Of a stretch of 64,000 bases of DNA, positions 8,975-18,758 are shown in pieces. Numbering within the stretch: the first letter of the stretch is position 1; each line of letters begins with the position of its first letter. The notes below the pieces were generated by a model. That model was not told the DNA's origin and did no database searches. It was given only the letters and a program-made list of their open reading frames with translations. Location of the stretch: positions 32,001 through 96,000 of the forward strand of contig JBDHJS010000001.1 of the NCBI GenBank assembly GCA_039586795.1, read 5' to 3'. The stretch comes from Gemmatimonadota bacterium (lineage in GTDB: Bacteria; Gemmatimonadota; Gemmatimonadetes; Palauibacterales; KS3-K002). Made by a program: the position numbers and the translations under genes.

Positions 8975-10441
8975 ATGAGCCACGAGACCGAGATCCGTTC
9001 CCTGCCCTGGCGCTACCGGCTAGACGTGCTATCGCCGGATGAGCTCGCCGAAGTCCACGGCCGGACGGTGGATGTCCTCCACGAGATCGGCATCGAGGTG
9101 GGCTCGCCGGCAATCCTCGAGCAGCTTGCGGCAGCCGGAGCCGCCATCGACCTGGAGTCGAGACGTGTGCGCTTCCCCCGCGAGATGACCGAGACGGCGG
9201 TCGCTCGCGCGCCACGTAACATCACCTTCGCGTCTCGATCACCGGGCTGCGATTTGGAACTGGACGGCCAGCGCGGATACATGAGCGTCGATGGCTGCGC
9301 CTCCGATGTCATCGACCTCGACACCGGCGATCGTCGACCCTCTACGAAAGCTGATGTGGCCACCATCACACGGGTCGCCGATGCATTGCCAGAGATCGGA
9401 TTTGTCTGGCAGCCGGCAGCGGCCCGGGATGTGCCGGCCCCGGTCCAATCTCTGCACGAGTTGCACGCCCAGTTGGCCAATACCGGCAAGCACATTCAGA
9501 TGATGACCGCGGCCGAGCCGAACGCTGCCCGGGGTGTGGTCGAGATCGCTCGGCTGGCGGCCGGCGGTGACTCGGAGCTACGGCAGCGGCCCATCATCTC
9601 GAACTTCCAGTGCAGCACCAGCCCGCTGATGTACGACGGCGGCGCCGTGGAGGCCGCCATCATCTTCGCCGAGGCCGGCGTGCCCTGCGGCTTCGTCGTC
9701 ATGCCCATCGCCTGCGCGACGGGGCCGGCCACATGGGGCGGCACGCTGGTCCAGTCCAACGCGGAGGTGTTGGCCGGGATCGTGATCCTCCAGACGCTGG
9801 TGCCTGGAGCGCCGACCTTCTACGGGTCGTGCGCGACGGTGATGGACCTGCGGTCCGGCGCCGCGGCGTGCGGCGGACCGGAAGATCTGCTGCTGCAGAT
9901 GGCGTCCGCTCAACTGGCGCGTCACTACGAAGTGCCTTCCTCCATCGGCACGTTCGCCACCGGTTCGAAGTCGCCCGACTGGCAGGCGGGACTGGAGAAC
10001 GGGCTGTCGGGTTTGGCCAGCGTGCTCTCCGGCGCCGACATGCTGTGCGGCGCCGGTCTGCTGTACGGCGCCCGCGTCTACTCGGCGGAGCAGCTGGTCC
10101 TCGATACGGAGATCTTCTCTCTGCTGAGGCACATGGTGGGTGAACCCATCGATGCGGGCGCGGGTCTGCTGGACGTCCTCGACGCCGCGGGACCGGGCGG
10201 AGAGTTTCTGAGTCAGCGGCACACACTAGAGACGATGCGCAGGTTATGGCTACCTCGGATGTTCGACCGCAGCGAGTGGTCGGAATGGGAGGCGGCGGGC
10301 AAGCCCGACCCGCGTGAGGCGGCGCGGGCGCGGTTGCGTCAGATCCTCGACGAACACAAACCCGACGTGCTGGATGCGGAATTGGACGCGGAGATTCGCC
10401 GCGTCATCCAACGCTATGAGGAACAAGGAGACAGCATCTGA
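8975..10441 (+). CDS. mttB: Trimethylamine methyltransferase superfamily protein (MttB, non-pyrrolysine; MT1)
   Basis: TSPLMYD, GPAT..GTLVQSNAEVLAG, MDLRSG, SK.PDWQAG.E, GPGGEFL..HT; no in-frame TAG. Confidence 0.9.
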   Translation: MSHETEIRSLPWRYRLDVLSPDELAEVHGRTVDVLHEIGIEVGSPAILEQLAAAGAAIDLESRRVRFPREMTETAVARAPRNITFASRSPGCDLELDGQRGYMSVDGCASDVIDLDTGDRRPSTKADVATITRVADALPEIGFVWQPAAARDVPAPVQSLHELHAQLANTGKHIQMMTAAEPNAARGVVEIARLAAGGDSELRQRPIISNFQCSTSPLMYDGGAVEAAIIFAEAGVPCGFVVMPIACATGPATWGGTLVQSNAEVLAGIVILQTLVPGAPTFYGSCATVMDLRSGAAACGGPEDLLLQMASAQLARHYEVPSSIGTFATGSKSPDWQAGLENGLSGLASVLSGADMLCGAGLLYGARVYSAEQLVLDTEIFSLLRHMVGEPIDAGAGLLDVLDAAGPGGEFLSQRHTLETMRRLWLPRMFDRSEWSEWEAAGKPDPREAARARLRQILDEHKPDVLDAELDAEIRRVIQRYEEQGDSI

Positions 10442-11082
10442 TGGAAGAGCTACTTGCATCCCTACGACAGGCAATCCTCACGCAAGATGAGGAAGGTGCG
10501 CTGAAGGCGACCCGCAGCCTGTTGGAGTCGAGCATCGACCCGCAGACGATCCTCGAGTCGGGTCTTACCGAGGCGATGCTCGAGCTGGGACGCAGGTGGA
10601 AATGCGGCGACGCGTTTCTTCCCGAGGTGGTCGTCGCCGCCGACATCTTCGCGCGCTGTAGCGAGCTGGTGGAGCCCGCCCTGCTCGAGCGTCGCGACGA
10701 TCGACTCCCCGCCCACCGCCTCGTGCTGGCCACGGTCCAGGGCGACCTGCACGACCTGGGCAAGAACATCGTGGGTGCGATGGCAAAGACCGTCGGCTTC
10801 GAGGTGGTCGACCTGGGCAAGAACGTGCCGACCGACCAGATCGTCGCCGCCGCCAAAGAGGCGAGCCCGTGCATCGTTGGGCTGAGCGCGCTGTTGACCA
10901 CCACCATGCCCCAGCAGAAGGTCGCCGTCGAAGCGATCAAGGCGGCGGGCCTCGGGCCGGCGGTGCGAGTGATCATCGGCGGAGCGCCGGTCACCAAGGA
11001 ATGGGCTGACGAAATTGGCGCTGACGGCTACGCGCCCGACGCCGCCAGCGCGACCGAGCTCGCGCTGTCACTCGTCGACTAG
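10441..11082 (+). CDS. Cognate corrinoid protein (MttC/MtbC-like)
   Basis: B12-binding DxHxxG motif GDLHDLGKN; LSALLTTTM; GGAPVT..WADEIGADGY. Confidence 0.92.
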   Translation: MEELLASLRQAILTQDEEGALKATRSLLESSIDPQTILESGLTEAMLELGRRWKCGDAFLPEVVVAADIFARCSELVEPALLERRDDRLPAHRLVLATVQGDLHDLGKNIVGAMAKTVGFEVVDLGKNVPTDQIVAAAKEASPCIVGLSALLTTTMPQQKVAVEAIKAAGLGPAVRVIIGGAPVTKEWADEIGADGYAPDAASATELALSLVD

Positions 11083-11095
11083 CCGGGGAGTTCAG

Positions 11096-11959
11096 GTGGA
11101 GACCGTCCTGCAATCACGCACTCGTTCCGTCACGATCGGACCGGAACACCCGTTCGTGATCATCGGCGAACGGATCAATCCCACCGGCCGGAAGCAGCTG
11201 ACCGAAGAGTTGCTCCGCGGCGACATGGAGACGGTGCGTGCGGACGCCATCGCCCAGGTTGGAGCCGGTGCCGATGTTCTCGACCTCAACGTCGGGGCGG
11301 TGGGCGCAGACGAAGTGCGCCTCTTGCCCGACGTGGTCACCGCCGTACAAGACGTCGTCGACGCGCCGCTCTGTATCGATTCGCCGAAGCACGATGCGTT
11401 GGAGGCGGCGCTGAAGGCCTGCGACGGCAAGCCGCTCGTCAACTCGGTTACCGGCGAAGATCACAGCCTCGATCGCATCTTGCCTAAGGTGCGTGAGCAC
11501 GGCGCGGCGGTGATCGGCCTGGCGCATGGCGACGCGGGCATCTCGATGAACCCGCCAGATCGCCTGGACGCGGCGCGCCGCATCGTGGAGCGAGCCGACG
11601 AGCTCGGCATCTCGGCCGAAGACGTCATCATCGATCCGCTGGTCATGTCGGTGGGCGCCGACCCGCAGGCGGCGGACATCGCACTCGAGACAATGCGCCT
11701 CGTACGTCAGGAGCTTGGCGCCAACCTCGTGTGCGGGCTGTCCAATGTCTCTCACGGCCTACCGGGTCGCGCCGATCTCAGCTCCGCGTTTCTCGCGATG
11801 GCCATCCAGGCCGGGCTCACGTGCGCTATCGCAAACCCGCAATCTCCGCAGGTGATGCGGATGGCCCGCACGGCGGAGGTGCTCGCCGGTCGCGACCCCT
11901 ACGCCAAGCGGTGGATCCGCGCCTACCGGGAGGAGATGGGCAGATCGGGGGGCGACTGA
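11096..11959 (+). CDS. Methyltetrahydrofolate:corrinoid methyltransferase (pterin-binding, AcsE/MetH-like; MT2)
   Basis: IIGERINPTGRK, LDLNVG, IDS, LVNS, GLSNVSHGLP.R; GTG 11096 with GGGGAG RBS. Confidence 0.9.
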   Translation: METVLQSRTRSVTIGPEHPFVIIGERINPTGRKQLTEELLRGDMETVRADAIAQVGAGADVLDLNVGAVGADEVRLLPDVVTAVQDVVDAPLCIDSPKHDALEAALKACDGKPLVNSVTGEDHSLDRILPKVREHGAAVIGLAHGDAGISMNPPDRLDAARRIVERADELGISAEDVIIDPLVMSVGADPQAADIALETMRLVRQELGANLVCGLSNVSHGLPGRADLSSAFLAMAIQAGLTCAIANPQSPQVMRMARTAEVLAGRDPYAKRWIRAYREEMGRSGGD

Positions 11960-11964
11960 CCGGC

Positions 11965-13650
11965 ATGGGTTCGCCCGATCACGAGGTCCGCTTCCAATCC
12001 TCAGGAAGAACCGCTCGCGTGGCGAGCGAGACCAGCGTGCTGGCCGCGGCGGCCTGGGCCGGCGTCTCCGTCGATTCCGCCTGCGGCGGACACGGAACGT
12101 GCGGAGACTGCCGGGTCAGGATCGTCGAAGGCGCCGTTCCGATCACGCCCGCCGACGAACAACATCTCTCTGAGGCCGAACGCGTCGACGGCTGGAGATT
12201 GGCCTGCCGCGCGATGGTCCGCGGTGACGTTCTCTGCGAAGCCCCGGAACTCTCCGAGCACCCTCGCGCCGCGGTAGAGGGGATCGGACGCGACATCGCG
12301 GTCGAGCCGGCGGTCAGGCTCGAAACCGTCCCGACGGGAACCGCAATAGTTTGCGGCGACCACCAACTCGACGTCATCGAAGTCGGGTCACCCCGGGGGC
12401 TCTACGGCGTGGCTTTCGACCTTGGCACGACAACGGTAGCCGGCGCGCTCGTCGATCTCGTCGAAGGCGACGTCGTGGCCGCGACGAGCATGGTCAACCG
12501 ACAGGTCACCGCCGGGGCAGATGTAATCAGCCGTGCCGCCTTCGCCCGTGCGAACGCCGATGGCATCAGCCAGCTTCAGAGCATGGCCGTGCAAACTCTG
12601 AACGAACTGGTGCTCGTGTTGTGTGGTCAGGCAGGAATCTCGTCGGCTGGCGTGTACGAGACCGTCGTGACTGGCAACGCCATCATGCTTCACATCCTGC
12701 GTGGCCACGACCCGCACCCGCTGGCCGTGGCGCCATTCGAGCCGGCGTTCCGGGAAGCGCTCGACACTGAAGCCGCCGAGATCGGACTCGCCGGCCATCG
12801 ACAGGGACGACTGCAGACCTTCCCGATCATCGGAACGTATGCGGGCGGCGATACCGTGGCCGGCCTTCACGCCACCGACCTGGTACGAGGTGACCGCCCA
12901 CGGCTCCTGATCGACCTAGGCACGAACACCGAGGTGGGGCTCGGATGGAGCGGACGGGTCGTCGTCGCTTCGGCGCCCGCCGGACCCGCTTTCGAGGGCG
13001 GAAGCGTCCGCTGCGGGATGCCCGCGGTACGCGGGGCGATCGTTCGGGTGAAGATCGGCTCGGATGTCGACCTAGAAGTCATCGGCGGCGTAGCGCCGCG
13101 GGGCATCTGCGGCTCCGGGCTGGTGGACGCCGTCGCCCAACTGCGTCGCGCCGGTCTCCTCGATCGAACGGGTTTGCTGACTTCGAAAGATGAAGCGCCG
13201 GACCATCCACTGGCTGATCGCCTGAACACAATAGACGGCGCGCGGGTTTTTCGCCTGACCGACAACATCTACTTAAGCCAACTCGACATCCGGGAGTTGC
13301 AGTCGGCGATCGCCGCGGTGGCGGCAGCCACCCGGATCGTCATGGAGGAAGAAGAGGTCGATCCCGCCGATCTCGCCGACGTCTTCATTGCCGGCTCGTT
13401 CGGCGCCGCACTCGACCCGGCCAGCGCGAGGATCGTCGGGTTGGTGCCTTCCGTTTCTGATCACGTGGTTAGCAGCGTAGGCAACGCGGCGATCGAGGGC
13501 GCCAAGGCAGCGCTGATCTCGTTCCGTGAACGCCAGGTCGCGTTCCAGATTCCTTCCCACGCTGAATACGTGGAGCTGTCAGCCCACCCGAAATTCAACG
13601 ACACGTTCCTCGATGCGATGAAGTTCCCTGACTTGGAGGCGTTGTCATGA
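11965..13650 (+). CDS. Reductive activator of corrinoid enzymes (RACE/RamA-like, ASKHA ATPase with N-terminal 2Fe-2S domain)
   Basis: CGGHGTCGDC..RLAC ferredoxin; DLGTTT, DLGTNTE, AGPAFEG, GICGSG, AGSFG. Confidence 0.9.
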   Translation: MGSPDHEVRFQSSGRTARVASETSVLAAAAWAGVSVDSACGGHGTCGDCRVRIVEGAVPITPADEQHLSEAERVDGWRLACRAMVRGDVLCEAPELSEHPRAAVEGIGRDIAVEPAVRLETVPTGTAIVCGDHQLDVIEVGSPRGLYGVAFDLGTTTVAGALVDLVEGDVVAATSMVNRQVTAGADVISRAAFARANADGISQLQSMAVQTLNELVLVLCGQAGISSAGVYETVVTGNAIMLHILRGHDPHPLAVAPFEPAFREALDTEAAEIGLAGHRQGRLQTFPIIGTYAGGDTVAGLHATDLVRGDRPRLLIDLGTNTEVGLGWSGRVVVASAPAGPAFEGGSVRCGMPAVRGAIVRVKIGSDVDLEVIGGVAPRGICGSGLVDAVAQLRRAGLLDRTGLLTSKDEAPDHPLADRLNTIDGARVFRLTDNIYLSQLDIRELQSAIAAVAAATRIVMEEEEVDPADLADVFIAGSFGAALDPASARIVGLVPSVSDHVVSSVGNAAIEGAKAALISFRERQVAFQIPSHAEYVELSAHPKFNDTFLDAMKFPDLEALS

Positions 13651-14252
13651 CCCGCCCGGCCCGGCCGGCGCCGCTGGCGATCATCGTCTGCGGGGCGCTC
13701 GCCGTGGACGTGCGGCGCATCCTGGACGAACGCGATTGGCAGGCGGACGTGTACGGCGTGCCGGCGATCCATCACATGCACCCGCCGAAGATCGTCGAAG
13801 CTGTGGATACGCTGCTGGGCGAAGTAGCGGATCGCTATGACAAGGTGATCGTGGTCTACGGCGACTGCGGTACCTCGGGCGCGCTGGACCGAATGCTCGA
13901 ACGCCACCGCGCCGAGCGGACGGCGGGCGAGCACTGCTACGAGATCTACTGCGGATGCGGGTTCGGCGAACTGGCCCAACGCAGCCCGACCACCTATTTC
14001 CTCACCGACTACCTGGCCAAGAACTGGGACGAAGTCGTGGCCGCGGAGATGGGGTTCGATGAGAACCCAGCTCTCAAGGAGCGGTTCTTCGCCGGGTTCA
14101 CCTCGATGACCTACCTGAGACAGTCAGAGGACCCCGATCTGCTGGAGGCGGCAGAGCGCGTTGCCGCCTCGCTGGGTCTGCCGCTGGAGATCGAGACCGT
14201 CGGCCGCCGTGAACTCGAGGCCGAACTCGAGCGTTTGATCAGCAGCCGCTGA
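13647..14252 (+). CDS. DUF1638 family protein
   Basis: CGALA, H.HP.KI, YGDCGT.G.LD, HCYE, YFLTDYL. Confidence 0.8.
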   Translation: MTRPARPAPLAIIVCGALAVDVRRILDERDWQADVYGVPAIHHMHPPKIVEAVDTLLGEVADRYDKVIVVYGDCGTSGALDRMLERHRAERTAGEHCYEIYCGCGFGELAQRSPTTYFLTDYLAKNWDEVVAAEMGFDENPALKERFFAGFTSMTYLRQSEDPDLLEAAERVAASLGLPLEIETVGRRELEAELERLISSR

Positions 14253-14330
14253 CCCTGTCCGGTCACGCCCGGCTTCTGCGCATAAGGAAAGTAGGACCGC
14301 AGAAGGCCCCAATTACCAAGGAAGAGGCAC

Positions 14331-15116
14331 GTGACGCACGCACCTCCAGTACCCGACGTTGACGTCGAAACGCTCCGTTGCGAGATCCGCAACGAATACG
14401 CTGAAGTCGCCGAGAATCCCGGCCGCGGCTTCCATTTCCACACGGGCCGGCCCCTGGCGAAGATCCTCAGTTACGAAGAAGCTTTGCTAGACGCCGTACC
14501 CGAGAGCGCCATCGAGTCGTTCGCCGGCACCGGCAACCCGTTCAGCCTGGGCGCGATCGCGCCGGGCGCTCGGATCGTCGATATCGGCTCCGGCGCGGGA
14601 ATCGACTCCCTCATCGCCGGACACCTAGCCGGCACCTCCGGCCACGTCATCGGGGTCGACATGACACCCGAGATGCTGGAGAAAGCGACACAGGCCGCGG
14701 AACAGGCGGGCATGGCCCAGGTCGAGTTCCGAGAGGGCTACGCCGAGGCGCTGCCGGTCGACGACGGCTGGGCGGATCTCGTCATCTCGAACGGCGTCAT
14801 TAACCTCTGCCCGGACAAGGTTGCCGCATTCGGCGAGATGCACCGCGTCTTGAAGCCGGGCGGCCGTATCCAGATCGCCGACATCCTGGTGCAGAAGGCC
14901 GTTCCCCTCGATGCGAAGCGCGACATCGATCTCTGGAAGGGTTGAATCGCGGGCGCTCTGCTGGAGGCAGAGCTTCAGGCGACGGTGGAGGCGGCGGGCT
15001 TCCACGGGTTCGAGATCACCTGGCGCGATGACGTCTTCGCCGGCGCACCACAGCAGTCGAGCGCCGCCGCTTTCGGGACGCTGGGGATCAACTTCCGCGC
15101 CGCGAAAGCCCGATAG
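14331..15116 (+). CDS. ArsM-like SAM-dependent methyltransferase, probable selenoprotein (Sec at codon 205, TGA 14943-14945)
   Basis: VDIGSGAGID, GVDMTPEML, ISNGVINL; LWKG-TGA-IAGAL continues in frame 56 codons to TAG 15114-15116; hairpin after TGA. Confidence 0.85.
14946..14982 (+). promoter_or_regulatory. Candidate bacterial SECIS element
   Basis: Stem GCTCTGC (14955-61)/GCAGAGC (14967-73), loop TGGAG starting 16 nt after TGA; lower TCGC/GCGA pairing. Confidence 0.75.
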
Positions 15117-15206
15117 TCCGGTCTTCAGAGCATCCGGCTCGGGAGTGAGTTCCGAAGTGCTCAACGCAACATGGACTTCTCGGCCCCGCGGAGCCCGGGC
15201 CGCGAG

Positions 15207-16667
15207 TCAGAGATTCAACGCCCCGTAGAGGAAGCCGGTAAGAGCGGACATCGCTACGACCAGAACGATGAAAACCGCGGTCTTCTTGGTACCGATCACA
15301 CTTCGGATCACCAAGATGCTCGGCAACGATACCGCTGGACCGGCCAACAAGAGCGCCAGTGCCGGACCGCTCCCCATACCGCTGCTCAACAGGCCGTCGA
15401 GGATCGGAACCTCAGTCAGCGTGGCGAAATACATGAACGCCCCGGCGACCGATGCGAACAGATTCGCCAACGGTGAGTTACCACCAACCGCGTCGGCCAC
15501 CCAACCTGACGGAATCAGACCCTCGTGTCCCGGGCGCCCTAACAGAAAACCCGCTACCAGCACACCCGCCAGTAGCAGCGGAAGAATCTGTTTGGCATAA
15601 CCCCAAGACGAAGCGAACCACTCTCCCAACTCGCCGTCGCTGGTGCTCGCCACAGCTGAGAGCCCCACGGTCGCCGCGACGAATGGAACGGAGGGCCGTC
15701 CGGGAAAGGCCAACGCGAGCCCGACAGTGGCTATAGACACGGCCAGCAACTGCCAGACCCTCATTCCGAACCAGCGTACGAGAACGATGCCCAATCCAGC
15801 GGCGAGCAGAGCCGTGATCGTCCACTTGGCGGCGTAGATCTCGTGCCAGATCCCCGCCGTCATCCCCGGTCTGCCCCAGTTGGCGAAGACCAGAATGCCG
15901 ACCAGCAGCATGAAGTAGAGAGCCGTCTTCCAAATGGGCCGGCCTTCGTCCGATACGGGAAGCTCGGCCTTCGTCCTTTCCCGTTGGCTCTCTCCGCGAC
16001 GGAAGAACGCGTGCATCAACAGACCGATGACCACCGCAAATACGATGGCTCCCACGGCCCGGGCAATCCCGAGGTGCGGGCCCAGTATTCGAGCCGTCAA
16101 GATGATTGCCAGAACGTTTATCGCCGGACCCGAGTACAGGAATGCGGTGGCAGGCCCGAGGCCGGCGCCCGTCGCGTAGATCCCCGCAAACAGCGGGAGC
16201 ACGGTGCAGGAGCAGACGGCTAGTATCGTACCCGATACTGAGGCCACGCCGTATGCAAGTGCTTTGGGAGCTCGCGGCCCGAGGTAGCGAAGCACTGACT
16301 GCTGACTGACGAACACTGAGATCGCACCGGCGATGAAGAAGGCCGGGACCAGGCACAACAGTACATGCTCGCGGGCATACCACTTGGTGAGCTCGAGGGA
16401 CTCGTTCACCGCCCCGTCGAATCTCGCGTTACCCACCGGTAGGTACCAAGCGGCGATGAAGACGCCGACGATCACAACCAGGGGCTTCCACTCTCGCCCC
16501 CACTCCAGGGCCACGGTCCGTCGCTTGCGACGGCTCCACCAGTTGGCGAGGCGTTCCCGCGCACTCAGCCTGGACTCGCCTACCTCGGCTGCCGGGCCCG
16601 GCGCCTGCCCAGTCGCACCGGTGTCCGCGACCGTCGTTGCTCGCCTCGGCTCCGTCACCGAACCCAT
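15207..16667 (-). CDS. arsP: ArsP/DUF318 family permease
   Basis: HVLLCLVPAFFIAGAI, LAVCSCTVLPLF, FLYSGPAINV, MYFATLTEVPI, LLAGPAVSLPS. Confidence 0.8.
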   Translation of the reverse strand: MGSVTEPRRATTVADTGATGQAPGPAAEVGESRLSARERLANWWSRRKRRTVALEWGREWKPLVVIVGVFIAAWYLPVGNARFDGAVNESLELTKWYAREHVLLCLVPAFFIAGAISVFVSQQSVLRYLGPRAPKALAYGVASVSGTILAVCSCTVLPLFAGIYATGAGLGPATAFLYSGPAINVLAIILTARILGPHLGIARAVGAIVFAVVIGLLMHAFFRRGESQRERTKAELPVSDEGRPIWKTALYFMLLVGILVFANWGRPGMTAGIWHEIYAAKWTITALLAAGLGIVLVRWFGMRVWQLLAVSIATVGLALAFPGRPSVPFVAATVGLSAVASTSDGELGEWFASSWGYAKQILPLLLAGVLVAGFLLGRPGHEGLIPSGWVADAVGGNSPLANLFASVAGAFMYFATLTEVPILDGLLSSGMGSGPALALLLAGPAVSLPSILVIRSVIGTKKTAVFIVLVVAMSALTGFLYGALNL

Positions 16668-16676
16668 GTCAGAGAA

Positions 16677-16919
16677 TCAGGATCGGGGGTATGTGAGTAT
16701 CGCCTTGATCTCTTTCACGCTCGGCACCCGACCTGCAACCCTGACCCGTCCATCGACCAACAGTGCAGGCGTAAGTGTGACACCTCGTTTGGCGATCTCG
16801 GCCACTTCATGCACGTACTCGACCTCGGCGTCGAGGTCCAACTCAGCTACCGCATCAAACGTGTTGCGTTTTAGAGTCTGACACCTCGAGCAGCCGGGGC
16901 CGATCACCTCAATCCTCAT
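16677..16919 (-). CDS. Small redox-active disulfide protein (thioredoxin-like, MTH895 type)
   Basis: MRIEVIGPGCSRC, TPALLVDG..GRVPS; GGAGG RBS before ATG 16919. Confidence 0.85.
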   Translation of the reverse strand: MRIEVIGPGCSRCQTLKRNTFDAVAELDLDAEVEYVHEVAEIAKRGVTLTPALLVDGRVRVAGRVPSVKEIKAILTYPRS

Positions 16920-16949
16920 TTCGAGAACCTCCGACATCATTCGAATTCT

Positions 16950-17663
16950 CTAGGGTTCAAACAGCGCCGTGAGCCGGCGCCTGAGCTCATCGCGCACTCC
17001 GCGGAACGAGTCGAGGATCTCCTCATCGCTCCCTTCTGCGGCGGCCGGATCGGAGAGCGGCCAGTGGACACGCTGCGCTTCGCCCAGCCACACCGGACAG
17101 ACCTCCTCAGCGCACAGCGTGATAACAGCGTCCACGTCGGGTCCCTCGAGCTGACGGATATCGTCGATCGCTTTGGAATGCTGGAACGCAGCATCTATAC
17201 CCGTTTCTTCCAGCGCACGAATGGCGAAAGGGTTGACCCGGGACGGTGCCGACCCGGCGGATGAGATGACGACGGTATCCGGCGCCAGGTTCCGGGCGAT
17301 TCCTTCCGCCATCTGACTGCGCGCCGAGTTTGCAACGCAGAGGAAGAGCAGATGTCGTGGTTGCAGTGCGCGAAGTATGCGAGCTTCGATCAACCACTGG
17401 GGAGGTACGCCATCCCCGTCATCGTAACGGCGGCAGGCGAAGGCCGGCGGACCGACGTCGGGCCCGGCCACATCTTCGCCGTTGACCCGCACCGTGGGAG
17501 ATCCGGGAAAAGCGAGTTGCTCAGCTTCCGTGACGTCTCGGATTTCCTTGTGAATGACCTCGGCATCGGGCGTCAAGAGAGCCGTCGTCTCCTGCACGAG
17601 CCGCCGTGCCGGCTCGGCATTGGGACAGTCGGGTGTGGTGAGGACTTCCAGGCGCAGGGTCAT
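16950..17663 (-). CDS. arsC: Arsenate reductase (LMW-PTPase type) fused to an N-terminal thioredoxin-fold domain
   Basis: LFLCVANSARSQMAEG P-loop, TLCAEEVCP, HW..DP; N-terminal DCPN...FPGSPTVRVNG...ACRRY. Confidence 0.85.
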   Translation of the reverse strand: MTLRLEVLTTPDCPNAEPARRLVQETTALLTPDAEVIHKEIRDVTEAEQLAFPGSPTVRVNGEDVAGPDVGPPAFACRRYDDGDGVPPQWLIEARILRALQPRHLLFLCVANSARSQMAEGIARNLAPDTVVISSAGSAPSRVNPFAIRALEETGIDAAFQHSKAIDDIRQLEGPDVDAVITLCAEEVCPVWLGEAQRVHWPLSDPAAAEGSDEEILDSFRGVRDELRRRLTALFEP

Positions 17664-17666
17664 TCT

Positions 17667-18758
17667 CTACTCATCTCCTCCAGCCATTGCCGCGGCCGGG
17701 GCCGCTTCGCCAAAGAAACGACGTTTCAACCACAGCGACACTTGCACGAGGCCGATCATCACCGGCACCTCGACTAGCGGGCCGATGACCGTCGCGAAGG
17801 CCGGCTGTGACGCGATCCCGAACACGGCGATCGCCACGGCGATGGCGAGCTCGAAATCGTTGCTGGCCGCTGTGAGCGCAACCGTCGTGGTCTCCGGATA
17901 CTCACCCCGCAGGAAGCGCGCGGCGAAGAAGGTGATCACGAACATCGCCACGAAATAGATGGCCAATGGAATCGCGATCCGAACCACATCATACGGAAGC
18001 TGCACGATCAGCTCGCCCTTTAGGGAGAACATCACGACAACGGTAAACAGCAAAGCCGCCAAAGTGATTGGGCTGATGCGCGGGATGAATACCCGCTCGT
18101 ACCATTCCCTTCCTTTGAGCTTCAGCAGTGAAAACCGCGTGATGAGACCCGCTAAGAACGGGATGCCCAGGTAGATGAACACGGTACGGGCGATCTCTCC
18201 CACGCTCACATGCATCTCCGCACCCTGAAACCCGAAGAGCGGCGGCAGCAGCGTGATGAAGAACCAGGCGTAGAACCCGTAGAACAGCACCTGGAAAACG
18301 GCATTAGCCGCCACCAGACCTGCCGCCAAGTCGTGGTCACCCTCTGCCAAGTCGTTCCACACCAGCACCATGGCGATACACCGCGCGAGTCCCACCAAGA
18401 TCAAGCCGACGGCATAGCCCGGCATGTCGCGCAGCAACAGGACGGCTAGGAAGAACATCACCAGCGGCCCGATGACCCAGTTCTGCAACAGCGACAGCGC
18501 CAGTATCCGCTTGTGCCGCAGGACCACCCAGAATTTCTCGTAGCGAACTTTGGCGAGCGGCGGGTACATCATCAGGATGAGGCCGATCGCAATAGGAATG
18601 GAAGTCGTCCCGATCTGGGTCGCACGATTGAGCGCCTCGACCGGCTCGGGCCACAGATAGCCGATCGCGACTCCCAAGGCCATGGCGGCGAAAATCCAGA
18701 CCGTCAGATAGCGGTCGAGAAACGAAAGTCGCCGCGCTACGGAACTGTCAGCAGCCAC
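17667..18758 (-). CDS. acr3: Acr3 arsenite efflux transporter
   Basis: [47 protein letters not shown]. Confidence 0.95.
   Translation of the reverse strand: MAADSSVARRLSFLDRYLTVWIFAAMALGVAIGYLWPEPVEALNRATQIGTTSIPIAIGLILMMYPPLAKVRYEKFWVVLRHKRILALSLLQNWVIGPLVMFFLAVLLLRDMPGYAVGLILVGLARCIAMVLVWNDLAEGDHDLAAGLVAANAVFQVLFYGFYAWFFITLLPPLFGFQGAEMHVSVGEIARTVFIYLGIPFLAGLITRFSLLKLKGREWYERVFIPRISPITLAALLFTVVVMFSLKGELIVQLPYDVVRIAIPLAIYFVAMFVITFFAARFLRGEYPETTTVALTAASNDFELAIAVAIAVFGIASQPAFATVIGPLVEVPVMIGLVQVSLWLKRRFFGEAAPAAAMAGGDE

Noticed and set aside
8975..10441. Pyrrolysine-containing trimethylamine methyltransferase
   Set aside because: The ORF is full length with no in-frame TAG, and no pyl genes are in the window.
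10439..10441. Sec readthrough at other TGA stops (mttB, MeTr, DUF1638, rho, AKR)
   Set aside because: The proteins are already complete, the stops overlap or abut the next start or intergenic DNA, and no conserved Cys position is involved.
10441..11082. HgcA-type mercury methylation corrinoid protein
   Set aside because: It has the DxHxxG MetH-type fold, not the N(V/I)WCAAGK cap helix or TM domain.
11015..11964. Long N-terminal extensions given by the ORF track (MeTr, RACE, arsR, mqnA, fprA, hcrC, csoR)
   Set aside because: They overlap upstream genes or lack homology; downstream starts fit the family N-termini, several with a visible RBS.
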